A stretch of DNA of 64,000 nucleotides, taken from the NCBI GenBank assembly GCA_045105295.1, contig JBGCDK010000105.1, forward strand, positions 3,445 to 67,444, given 5' to 3'. This stretch comes from Mariniblastus sp. (GTDB lineage: Bacteria > Planctomycetota > Planctomycetia > Pirellulales > Pirellulaceae). The notes beneath the pieces were generated by a model, which saw only the letters and a list, made by a program, of their open reading frames with translations, made no database searches and was not told the DNA's origin. Positions 9,856 through 19,106 of this stretch are shown one piece after another. The position numbers and the translations under genes are program-made. Position 1 is the stretch's first letter; every line of letters starts with the position of its first letter.

Positions 9856-10021
9856 ATGTGTGTGTGGGCGTTAGACGGTTGACGAGTCGATGCTTCTTCG
9901 GGTAAGAATTGTGCCCCGTTGGGGGAATCCGTGACGTGTTTCCGGTGGTTCTGTTGTCGCTCAACCACCCGCCAATGGTTTTAACTTTTTCGAAGTATGA
10001 AAAACATTGGCTGGTTGTTGG

Positions 10022-10954
10022 TCAAACTTTCGTGGCACGCAACCGGTCAATCTCATCCAGAATCAGTCTTGCAAAATCAATCTCGAGAACTCGGCTGATC
10101 GCTTGCCAACCAGGGACGGCATTTACCTCCAAGACAACAGGCTTTCCAGTGCGATTGTCGTACATGAGATCGACTCCCGCAAAATGAGCTCCCAACGCGC
10201 GAGCGGACTTGATCGCGAGTTCACGTTCAATGCTAGATGAATCATGCGGCGAGCCTACTGCGCCTTGGCTGATATTTGTTATCCAACTTTCGTTGTTGGT
10301 TCGCTTCATCGAAAACACTTGGTCTCCAATCACAAACAAACGAACGTCAAAACCATCGTGAGGAATCAGCTCTTGTTGGTAAATGACTTCTCCTGATTCC
10401 ACCAACGACGCAAAAACGGATTCCGCGTCCGCTGCCGAGCTCAGTCGCTGAATTCCATAACCCATGCTTCCAAAAATTGGCTTTACAACCACGTCGCCGC
10501 CCAAGTTCTCAAAGTGCTTCATCGCGGCGTCGATCGTTTGGCTAACAAACGTTGAAGGAACGGCCACCCCCGCATCGCTTAGTTTCGCGAGGGAAAGGTA
10601 TTTGTCGACGGCGGCTTCGATGGATTTTGCTGGGTTGAGAACGATCGTTTCGGATTTCTCAAGTTGAGCCAATAAATCCATGCGAAAAACGATCTGTTGA
10701 AGCGAGCCAGCAGGCATCGTACGAACGATCACGACATCGGCATCAAGATTGAATTCGGATTGTGATTCATTGATCGAGCCAGCGAGTTCTTCAAATCGGA
10801 AACTAAAAATTGATTCGTCAGAACGGCAGGCGCGTTTGAGATCGAGATAATGCCAAGCCGTTGGTGAACTCAATACAGCGATTCGTTTCTTTTGTTGAAT
10901 AGCTAATTGGGTAATAGCCAAATCCGAATTCGAATCGTTGCTTGAGGGCTTCAT
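10022..10954 (-). CDS. RimK-family ATP-grasp glutamate ligase (methanopterin pathway Orf5-like)
   Basis: DKYLSL, VVKPIFGSMGYGI, YQQELI, DVRLFVIG, WITNISQG, GVDL, LEVNAVPGW; start moved to ATG 10954, just after the mch stop. Confidence 0.85.
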   Translation of the reverse strand: MKPSSNDSNSDLAITQLAIQQKKRIAVLSSPTAWHYLDLKRACRSDESIFSFRFEELAGSINESQSEFNLDADVVIVRTMPAGSLQQIVFRMDLLAQLEKSETIVLNPAKSIEAAVDKYLSLAKLSDAGVAVPSTFVSQTIDAAMKHFENLGGDVVVKPIFGSMGYGIQRLSSAADAESVFASLVESGEVIYQQELIPHDGFDVRLFVIGDQVFSMKRTNNESWITNISQGAVGSPHDSSSIERELAIKSARALGAHFAGVDLMYDNRTGKPVVLEVNAVPGWQAISRVLEIDFARLILDEIDRLRATKV

Positions 10955-10961
10955 CGAGAAG

Positions 10962-11918
10962 TTAGCCTTTGAAAGACGACACGAGAATGTCGTTTCGAAC
11001 TTCACCAGATTTGAAAACTTTGTTCGTCCGCTGATTTGTAATGGTGATCTGTGCAGGGCTGAACAACATTTTGTCTATCTTGTAAAAATCTCGCTCGTAG
11101 TGATTAAAGATATCAAGAAAGGGTGTCCCAAACTCATGAGAGCTGCAGCTTGGGATACGGTCAATTATTGACTCGATCATTTCGTCTTCGGTGTCCACTG
11201 TCAATTCAACTTTACCGCCGTACAGTACACAGTCATTTGTCCAGCCTAATGCCGTGAGATCGTCGTCAGCGATTGGAGGAATAGGAGCGTGACCAGTTCC
11301 TTCAATGATTGACCTTAGATCAAAATCAAGTTCATAAAGTTTATGAAGCGCAGTTTCGAGGCTTCTAGCGACAACCTGAATCGAACCTGGGTGGCTGGCC
11401 GTTCGGGCCACGCACAAGCAGATGTCCTTAGGATCTACCCCGCAACTGGCCGCGATTTTAACGATCACGGCCTCAGTCGGAAGCGTATTTGATTCCAAAA
11501 CACCAACGGCTTTTTCTCCGGTGCCCCCAAGATCATAGTCAGCAAGGATTTGTTCTTTGTTGCACAACATCCTCATGGGACCGCTGCACATTGCGAAAAA
11601 ATCGCCGTCGCTCATTGGCCATCCAGCATACTGCGATCCAATGCAACAGCGGAGCGGTTTGTTGGTGTGAACTTGGATTTGCGACCACATTGGATCGTGG
11701 CTTACGTATTCAACCGCTGCCAATCCAGACATGCAAATTTGACTGAGCAGCATTCCGCTACTGGGGGACCCGACTCGCCCGACCGCGAAATCCAGGACGG
11801 TCGCTCCGCCAATCTCCTCGACGTAGATCTCAAGATTTTCAGAATCGTTAATCGCCCTATTGACGAGCTCAAAGGCGATATTGTTTGTAGTTTCTGGGGA
11901 GGGCCAATCGTTGTTCAT
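10962..11918 (-). CDS. mch: Methenyltetrahydromethanopterin cyclohydrolase
   Basis: CIGSQYAGWP, MCSGPMR, VGVLES..LP, ARTAS..GSIQVVARSLETALHKL, GWTNDCVLYGG, FYKIDKMLFSPA; start at MNNDWP chosen. Confidence 0.93.
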   Translation of the reverse strand: MNNDWPSPETTNNIAFELVNRAINDSENLEIYVEEIGGATVLDFAVGRVGSPSSGMLLSQICMSGLAAVEYVSHDPMWSQIQVHTNKPLRCCIGSQYAGWPMSDGDFFAMCSGPMRMLCNKEQILADYDLGGTGEKAVGVLESNTLPTEAVIVKIAASCGVDPKDICLCVARTASHPGSIQVVARSLETALHKLYELDFDLRSIIEGTGHAPIPPIADDDLTALGWTNDCVLYGGKVELTVDTEDEMIESIIDRIPSCSSHEFGTPFLDIFNHYERDFYKIDKMLFSPAQITITNQRTNKVFKSGEVRNDILVSSFKG

Positions 11919-12214
11919 CAACGGATTGTAAAGAATTTCCGTTGAAGTTAAACAAGCCTTGTCTGTTGGTGTTTTTGCCCAACTATTTTGTTCATAGGCG
12001 CGATTCGCGAGCTCGTGTCGATTGGCTTTCTTTGTTGAGTGCAAAATACATGAAAACTTAACGATATCCTCATCGCGTCTTCAACGAATCATCCCTTTCC
12101 ATCGAGATACTAGGCTGCTCAAAAGATTCATGAACGATGGGTTCAAGAGTCTCACGTTCCCTCGAATTTCGACGGGAGAAAAATTACCTCATGCGAACGC
12201 AAAAAGAGAGTTTG

Positions 12215-13654
12215 ATGACAAAAAACAATCAGAAGCCCAATACGAAGGCTTGGTTTCTCGCCTTTACTTTAATTGGAGCCGCGGCATTGGGGGGCGCGCC
12301 GGAAAAGGCTTTCGGAGACGATGGCGAGGAAGGCCACGATCACTACCATGCGGTTCGGCCTATCAAGCCGGCCTCGGCCTACGCGCCCACGGCGATGCCC
12401 GATCGTATCATTCTCACGCTCAGCGAAGACCCGCGGACAACCCAATCCGTCAACTGGCGAACCTCTGTTGAGGTGGAAACTGGATTGGCCGAAATCGCGA
12501 TAGCCACAGCCGGTCCTAAATTTCGTGAAAACGCGAAACGTGTTCGGTCGACATCTCAAGCGCTCAAGTCGGATATCAACACAGCACATTATCACAGTGT
12601 TGTGTTTCGAGAATTGAAGCCGTCGACGGTGTACGCGTACCGAGTCGGCGACGGAACGAACTGGAGTGAGTGGTTTCATTTTCGAACGGCGAGCGAATCT
12701 CCGGAGCCGTTTTCATTCGTCTATTTTGGTGACGCGCAAAACGAAGTACGCTCCATGTGGTCACGTGTCATTCGTGAAGCACAACGCGAAGCCCCAAAAG
12801 CTGCTTTTTTGTTGCACGCCGGTGACTTGATCAACCATGCTGAGACAGATGCCGAATGGGGCGAATGGTTTGGCGCAGGAGCTTGGTTGAATGCGATGAC
12901 GCCTAGCATTGCGATTCCCGGAAATCATGAACATGTAAAAGACGCGGATGGCGTGCGACGTAAACTCTCTCATCACTGGCGAAACGTTTTCACGTTCCCA
13001 GAAAATGGCCCACGAGGTTTGGAGGAAACTTGCTACACGTTGACCTATCACAATATTCGCATCATCGGAATGAACTCGAACGAGATGCACGAGCAACAGG
13101 CTGTCTGGCTTGAGAAAGTTCTAAGCGAAAATGAATCGCAATGGGTCATCTGTACGTTTCATCATCCGGTCTTTTCGACTGGAAAAAAGCGTGACAATGC
13201 CGGGCTTAGGGCGATTTGGAAACCGATCTTTGATAAGTATAAAGTCGATTTGGTTCTCCAGGGCCATGACCATACTTATGGCCGCACTGGGTTCAAAGTC
13301 CCCAGTTCCGACGCATCTGCGAGTGACTTTAAGGCTGCTGGAGACACAACTGTCGGTGACACGAACGTAGCGACAGGCGTTTCCAAAGTTGATGAAGACG
13401 CCGGCACTGTTTACGTTGTCTCGGTAAGCGGTCCAAAGATGTACGAAAACACTCGGTTCGATTTTATGAAGCGGGTCGGTGAAGACACTCAGCTTTACCA
13501 GATCATCCACATCGATGGCGCGAAATTGAAGTTCGAAGCTCGCACGGCGTTGGGCAAAGTTTACGACGCTTTCGAACTTGAAAAGCAAGAAGGCAAACCC
13601 AATAAGCTGACCGACCTAGAGCCTGAAGTCCCACAAAACTTGCGACCACGTTGA
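12215..13654 (+). CDS. Secreted purple acid phosphatase-type metallophosphoesterase with FN3-like domain
   Basis: Signal peptide; GDAQ, GDLIN, GNHE, FHH, GHDH metal motifs; start at MTKNNQ chosen. Confidence 0.88.
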   Translation: MTKNNQKPNTKAWFLAFTLIGAAALGGAPEKAFGDDGEEGHDHYHAVRPIKPASAYAPTAMPDRIILTLSEDPRTTQSVNWRTSVEVETGLAEIAIATAGPKFRENAKRVRSTSQALKSDINTAHYHSVVFRELKPSTVYAYRVGDGTNWSEWFHFRTASESPEPFSFVYFGDAQNEVRSMWSRVIREAQREAPKAAFLLHAGDLINHAETDAEWGEWFGAGAWLNAMTPSIAIPGNHEHVKDADGVRRKLSHHWRNVFTFPENGPRGLEETCYTLTYHNIRIIGMNSNEMHEQQAVWLEKVLSENESQWVICTFHHPVFSTGKKRDNAGLRAIWKPIFDKYKVDLVLQGHDHTYGRTGFKVPSSDASASDFKAAGDTTVGDTNVATGVSKVDEDAGTVYVVSVSGPKMYENTRFDFMKRVGEDTQLYQIIHIDGAKLKFEARTALGKVYDAFELEKQEGKPNKLTDLEPEVPQNLRPR

Positions 13655-13715
13655 TTGACGTGAGTGATCTGGCAAGTCGTGCATGATGATGCTTGTCATC
13701 ACGATTCGAAAGTTC

Positions 13716-15194
13716 CTATTTAGTGCCTGGGATTGCACTGGCAGTCTCAGGCATTTTTTTCTGATCTTCTGTTTTCCTTGATTTTCCATAAAGTGCAAGG
13801 ATTGGATCCCGCATCACTAATTGTTCCCAGCGATCAAGTGGTTCGTTCCAGTTGCCTCCAATTTCGGATTCCAGCGGAACGATCCAGTCATCGGGCAGTT
13901 CTTCCTGAGTAAGATCAACCGTCGGATCGATTAAGAGTTGTGGTTTGCGTCCGTTCAGTGAGCATAGCGCGAAAACTCGAACTGCAATTCCAGATACTCC
14001 CCGTCTTTCAAAATCTCGGCCAACGAACCTTGCGAAATCCCTGATCATAAACGGGTCTCTGCCCATTCTTTTGAGCTGGTGAAGTTTGAAGTAGTTTCGC
14101 AAATCTACAATCGCAAACTCTCCTGTTTTGTCATCAATCGCATAGATTCGAATTGCCGTCGTTTTCCCTCGTAATTTCATGTGCCAGGAGAAATGGTGGT
14201 TTCTTTCGGTCCAGTTTGTTACTTCAGAATAAGCGAAATGTCGCAGCGGTAGCCACAGTTGCAGCAAAACAAAGGCAACCGCAAAACACCTCAGCAAGTA
14301 TCCAGTGAAAAGGTTCTTTTTTGCCGTGGTCGCAATCTGTTGGTCATAGTCGCTCTCCGATTTGAACAGCGAAGAAAAAACTTGTCGGGGCCAATCTGGT
14401 GAAAAGAAAATCATGGTCAAGAAAATCATGACCCACGGAAATACTCCGATGCGAAACAACGAGGCATTGGTTAGGTGAAATGCTAAAGTCAGCACGAATC
14501 CGAAAACGCGCGTCTTGGGAAACAGCAAGAAACCAACGATTAGTAGATCGAACAGCATTCCACCCCATACGAATGCGTATACGAACCATTGTTCCTGGCA
14601 AAACGATCCAATCAGGAAATGATCCTGCTTGCCAGCGAGCACCTGCTGCATAGGAAAGCCAGCGAGCCAGTCCGAATTGATCTTGGCAACGCCCCCGAAA
14701 AAATAAACCAGACCAATTTGGAATCGAAACAGCCACACAACCCAACGAGGAACCGTTGTTGGCCGCTTGAGACGAAACGAATCAAAGCTCATCGTTCGAT
14801 CAGATGGACACACGGCGAACAGGATTGCCAGCAAGCAGATTAGATAATAGTGATTTTGATAGGTCGCTTTATCCAGCATCGCGATGTAGATGAATCCTAC
14901 GGCGAACACCACGCTGGAAAAACGATAGAACACTCCAAACAACATTCCGAGTGCCGCCACCAGTGTGACCACGAAATGCAGGTGCAGGCCGCGACCTGGC
15001 CAAGGTTGGATCCAGTCGAACCCAAAGTACGGAAACAGATACTGCGGCTCATAATAGTTGAATGCTATTTTGTCGAGCACAAGATGCATCGTCAGCCAGA
15101 AAACCATCGTCGCCGCGAAAGCGATACGAATGAAAGCGACCGAGGATCCATCGACTTCTTCTTCGAGGTACTTGATCAACACAACTCCGGGCAA
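13716..15194 (-). CDS. HTTM domain / vitamin K-dependent gamma-carboxylase-like membrane protein
   Basis: LDKATYQNHYYL, FQIGLVYFFGGVAKINSDWL, FSWHMKLR; multiple TM helices; start codon uncertain. Confidence 0.85.
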   Translation of the reverse strand: MPGVVLIKYLEEEVDGSSVAFIRIAFAATMVFWLTMHLVLDKIAFNYYEPQYLFPYFGFDWIQPWPGRGLHLHFVVTLVAALGMLFGVFYRFSSVVFAVGFIYIAMLDKATYQNHYYLICLLAILFAVCPSDRTMSFDSFRLKRPTTVPRWVVWLFRFQIGLVYFFGGVAKINSDWLAGFPMQQVLAGKQDHFLIGSFCQEQWFVYAFVWGGMLFDLLIVGFLLFPKTRVFGFVLTLAFHLTNASLFRIGVFPWVMIFLTMIFFSPDWPRQVFSSLFKSESDYDQQIATTAKKNLFTGYLLRCFAVAFVLLQLWLPLRHFAYSEVTNWTERNHHFSWHMKLRGKTTAIRIYAIDDKTGEFAIVDLRNYFKLHQLKRMGRDPFMIRDFARFVGRDFERRGVSGIAVRVFALCSLNGRKPQLLIDPTVDLTQEELPDDWIVPLESEIGGNWNEPLDRWEQLVMRDPILALYGKSRKTEDQKKMPETASAIPGTK

Positions 15195-15267
15195 TGAATG
15201 TTAGCAAGCGAAATGTGATTTGAATTTCCGGTGTGCAGGTGTCGTTTGCAAACCGTGTATAGAGAAA

Positions 15268-15297
15268 GGCTTTGTTGCTCGCGGGAGCGACAAAGCC
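15268..15297. terminator. Hairpin between the DUF1559 operon and the HTTM gene, possible terminator
   Basis: GGCTTTGTTGCTC-GCGG-GAGCGACAAAGCC 13-bp stem with one G-U pair; only a short U-tract on the minus strand. Confidence 0.4.
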
Positions 15298-15392
15298 ATT
15301 CGTTTTGTTGGTAACGACTCACAAAAAACAAATGTTTGAGAGTTGTTTTAAGGCGCCGTGATAGGCCTACTTCAAGTAGTCACCCTCGGAAA

Positions 15393-15878
15393 TTAGTCGT
15401 CTTCAGGTTCGTTTCTTCGCCGTTTCTTCTTAGGTACGGCAATTAATTCAAACACGTTGTCTTGACCGCTGATGACTTCGACTTCCATTGTTTCTGGGCT
15501 AATGACGCAGCCATGTTTTTTGGGAAGTTCGGTGTCCGCGTCGACGTACTCTTCGTCCGGTCGCCAAGCTTCAGTCAACGTGATTTGGTGCGGCCCAACG
15601 ACTGCTCCGTCTTCATTGCCATAAGTCGTGAGCACAAATTTACCGTTTGTTATTTCTCCATAACCTCGTTTGCCAGTGAGGTTTTTTTCGTTCTTGATCA
15701 AAGGAGTGAAGGCGATGATTCCGTTTTGGAGTACCTCGCCGTTGCTTTTTTTGATCGTGCCCGAAGCTTTGGCGACTTCGAATCCGGTATCGTTACAGCC
15801 GAGTTGAGTCAGGCAAAAGGCCAGAAGAAATGCTGCGATAGAATATTTTAGCTTTGAGTGAGCTGATGTTTTGTTCAT
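15393..15878 (-). CDS. Small lipoprotein-like partner of DUF1559 proteins
   Basis: MNKTSAH...LTQLGC lipobox-like; G.I.F.P, G.I.NGKFVL.TYG.EDGAVVG.H.I pattern; ATG overlaps the DUF1559 stop. Confidence 0.75.
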   Translation of the reverse strand: MNKTSAHSKLKYSIAAFLLAFCLTQLGCNDTGFEVAKASGTIKKSNGEVLQNGIIAFTPLIKNEKNLTGKRGYGEITNGKFVLTTYGNEDGAVVGPHQITLTEAWRPDEEYVDADTELPKKHGCVISPETMEVEVISGQDNVFELIAVPKKKRRRNEPEDD

Positions 15879-16813
15879 TAGAATTCTCCAACGACGCCAC
15901 CGTCGAGACGGGACCCCAAATTGAAATAAGTTTGTGCGTCGATTGCGTCCGAGATGAAGTGTGTACTGCCATCGGCAAAACCAAACTGAGCTCCCTGTGG
16001 GTGAAAACTCCACGCACAGTCATCGTCGATCGCCGTCCAAAACTCGGATGCGTTTTGACCTAGCCAAGCGTTGATCCCGCGGCCGACTTCACCTGGTTTG
16101 CAGAAAATGGGTTCGTCCGCTTGAGGGGCACCGGCCCAAATGGGCCAGTCAGTTCCAGTTCGTCCTGGGTAGGACGATTCAGCAATGATCACGGTGTTGC
16201 TACTCCCGTCGATGACAGATGCAAACGTGGCCTCTTCGATACCGTTTGTCGAGAACGCATCGCGGCGTTTCATTAGCAAACCATCATTGGCTGGCCCGGA
16301 ATTTCCTTTGTAATCCGATGTTGCAAAACCCGCGTGTTCCTCTTTTAAATTTACTGTACCGTTGGGCGTCGAAACGGAAGCAGGTGCAAAATCTTGAAGA
16401 CTTGAGCTAGGGCATCGGAAGACAGGAATTCGAGTCGCTCCGTTAACGATAATCGCTCCAGTGCTGTCGAACGTGCGTTCAAATACTCCTGGATCGTCAC
16501 CAATTGCAGGAGCAAGACTGTCTGCCAAGTTTCCTTGTTCGATGAACGGCAAAATCAGAGCTCCCCAGCCCCATCCGTCATCGTCATTGCCTGCGTCATC
16601 ATCAACGGCGGTCATTGCACCAGGCGGGAAATGGCCATGAGCGCTTTCATAGTTGAGCATACCTAACGTCAGCTGACGTAAATTGTTTGCACACGTAACT
16701 CGCCTGGCTGCTTCGCGAACCTGCTGAACGGCAGGAAGCAACATTCCAATCAAAATGCCAATGATGGCAATGACCACCAAAAGCTCCACCAACGTAAATC
16801 CTTTTCTTCTCAT
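15878..16813 (-). CDS. DUF1559 prepilin-type N-terminal cleavage/methylation domain protein
   Basis: [38 protein letters not shown]; [15 protein letters not shown] (H-X9-DG). Confidence 0.95.
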   Translation of the reverse strand: MRRKGFTLVELLVVIAIIGILIGMLLPAVQQVREAARRVTCANNLRQLTLGMLNYESAHGHFPPGAMTAVDDDAGNDDDGWGWGALILPFIEQGNLADSLAPAIGDDPGVFERTFDSTGAIIVNGATRIPVFRCPSSSLQDFAPASVSTPNGTVNLKEEHAGFATSDYKGNSGPANDGLLMKRRDAFSTNGIEEATFASVIDGSSNTVIIAESSYPGRTGTDWPIWAGAPQADEPIFCKPGEVGRGINAWLGQNASEFWTAIDDDCAWSFHPQGAQFGFADGSTHFISDAIDAQTYFNLGSRLDGGVVGEF

Positions 16814-17245
16814 CTAGCTGCTCCCAAGTGCAATTTGTAAACGTAAACACATCGTGTGTTGATTCGTCGCAGACTCAAAGGGAATACGATTTAGTCACAA
16901 CGCGGAACAGGATAGGGATCGTTGGTTAATATTCGGGGTGCCGCGGGTTAAGAAGCTGTTAAATTTTCGAGGGCTTTTGAAGCAGACAACCGGATGGTCG
17001 CTCAACAATTCGGAAACAATTTCGGGTTAGTTTGATTGCGAATCCGATCAGTAGCTTGAGCTTTCCGGCAAAATGGTGGAACGCCGAAGACCAAATAGAT
17101 TCCGCGGCGCTGCAGACCATAAGAAGAAAGCGCTGTGGGGGAAGATCGCACCTGAGAAGAGTGGGGAAAAGGAAAAGACAAGGGAAACTGCCTGTCCGTT
17201 TGCGTGAAATACGCTCCCATCCGCGTGGTGTGAACGTTGGTGCAC

Positions 17246-17275
17246 AAAAAAAGCCAGGTCCGAAGACCTGGCTTT
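17246..17275 (-). terminator. Rho-independent terminator of the DUF1598 gene
   Basis: AAAGCCAGGTC-CGAA-GACCTGGCTTT perfect stem, with A-tract giving U-tract on the minus strand, about 25 nt after the stop. Confidence 0.85.
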
Positions 17276-17300
17276 CAAGTTCAATCAATTTATCGACAGC

Positions 17301-18743
17301 TTAGTTCGCAGCGTTCCACCACCAGGAATCGCTCGTTCGCTTCATTGCTGTTTTTCCGACTTCTGCAATCTCACCAACGGTCTCAGTGTTTGCCGCAACC
17401 GCCCAAGAATCAACTTGGACTCCACCGGAGGCAGATACCAACCATGATTTGGCAATACGAACAAAGTTACACTGTGTTGGGACAACTTTTACAACTTCGC
17501 GACTTGGTGTGTTGACCGAGACACGAGACGTTCCCATGATGCTCGGAGTTTCCAATCCGACTTTTTCGCTCAATTGCTCGCGAGTAAGAATCGCAGCGAC
17601 AACAGAAAGATCCATTACATTTCGAAGCTCACGGAACGCAGGTTCTGCGTCGGCAAGTTCATCAAAACGCTCCGTCATCATCTCGGCCCATTTCTTCGCA
17701 AACCGATTTTCGGTTGCTGATTTTGAACGCTGACCGTTTTTGTCAAAATGACTTTCTTGTGTCAAAGCCTTAACGCCTTTGCCACGAATTTGCCAAACAA
17801 GATTGTCAGCAGTCTTCGCAACTGGCTCGTAGTTACATTCCATCCAGAAACGTGGAGCAGAACTCATACGCTGAGCTTGAGCGTTTTGAGCCATCTCCAT
17901 GAAGCTTGGGAATTTCTCGATTGGAGCTTTTTCAAAACCCATCGAAAGTCGCTTCATTTTGTAGTCAGCGGCAACGAGTACTTGTGAAAAACGACTGTCT
18001 TGTGGAATACCAGTCAAGCTCACTGTCTGGGCTCCCATCGCTTTTTCAACTTCTGGCTGCATTTTTTCGCTGAATGGGATCTTGTTCTTCTTCAGGTATC
18101 CGTAGAACTGCTGAAGCTGTTTGATTCCTGCTTCGGTTGGATCAATTGAAACCGAAACGCCTTGTCCACGTCGAGCGTTTTCAACTGAACGCATGGCGAC
18201 AAGGAAATCCTCAAGCTGAATGACCGGTGTGCCGGATGTTGAACCAACAACGATACCTTCGTCATTCAAACGAAATCCTTCGCCAGGACCGGCAAGGATA
18301 ATGTCGTTGGTTTCTGGTGAAGCGATGATGTATTCGATTCGCTGAAGACCAGCCATGAACGCAATTTCGCTTGACAGTTGCTGGCCAGATTCACGAGCTT
18401 CCGTGATTGCCTGCTCCAAGCCACGCAACGAAATCATTCGCAAACGGGTCTTGGCTTTGATGTTTGAATCAGACTTTCGAAGACCCGCTTCAAGCTTTTC
18501 TCGAACCGTGGCGCTCAGATTAGCTTGCCCAGTTGAAAGAACGCCTGCTGCATCGATCTTGATACCGCCTACAACACCATTCTGGAAGTTGAAGTTGTCG
18601 CCTCCCTGTCCATTGCCGTTGTTACCAGCGTTACCGCCAGCATTGCCACCAGCATTACCGTTGTCTTGGGCCGTGGCCGCAAGCGGAACGATAAGCATCG
18701 CGACGCAGAATAAGAAAGCTAACTTGGCAAAACGTGCCGACAT
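17301..18743 (-). CDS. DUF1598 domain-containing secreted protein
   Basis: Signal peptide; GG(I/V).IDA.GV, LR.ISL..LE, VS.DPT..G, VLVAADY.MKR, RFW pattern. Confidence 0.8.
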   Translation of the reverse strand: MSARFAKLAFLFCVAMLIVPLAATAQDNGNAGGNAGGNAGNNGNGQGGDNFNFQNGVVGGIKIDAAGVLSTGQANLSATVREKLEAGLRKSDSNIKAKTRLRMISLRGLEQAITEARESGQQLSSEIAFMAGLQRIEYIIASPETNDIILAGPGEGFRLNDEGIVVGSTSGTPVIQLEDFLVAMRSVENARRGQGVSVSIDPTEAGIKQLQQFYGYLKKNKIPFSEKMQPEVEKAMGAQTVSLTGIPQDSRFSQVLVAADYKMKRLSMGFEKAPIEKFPSFMEMAQNAQAQRMSSAPRFWMECNYEPVAKTADNLVWQIRGKGVKALTQESHFDKNGQRSKSATENRFAKKWAEMMTERFDELADAEPAFRELRNVMDLSVVAAILTREQLSEKVGLETPSIMGTSRVSVNTPSREVVKVVPTQCNFVRIAKSWLVSASGGVQVDSWAVAANTETVGEIAEVGKTAMKRTSDSWWWNAAN

Positions 18744-19106
18744 GATTGAACTCCTAGAAAAAAAGGCCTTGCCCCGTGGTCTTTATTATATCGTACTTAT
18801 TGGTCCGCAGTTTCAACCTCAACAACGCTGATATCTAGAAAGACGGTTCAACGGTGGCGAAAACGCGGTAAGATAACAATTGTGTAAAAGAAACTATCTT
18901 CCAAGACTAACCAGACACTCCAAAGATGGCAAGAAATTCCCGTAATTTGAGCACAATTTGCCGGGGCGTCTAAAATAGGAAAAGTCGGATTTACTGGGAG
19001 AATTGGGACGGCTTGCCAACCCAATGCCAAACTCGCCCATCCGTGCACAGTTTACGACCCCGAAAACCAACCAAATATCCTCTCAACGTAAGAGTACGTT
19101 TCCCTT

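Noticed and set aside
16814-17245. Riboswitch or ncRNA in the 430-bp leader of the DUF1559 gene
   Set aside because: I could not recognise c-di-GMP, cobalamin or other aptamer consensus on either strand; only a purine-skewed stretch is present. An Rfam scan would be needed
18758-18784. Attenuator hairpin plus U8 just before the DUF1598 RBS
   Set aside because: The stem is short with a mismatch (AAAGACC/GGCCTTT), too weak to call
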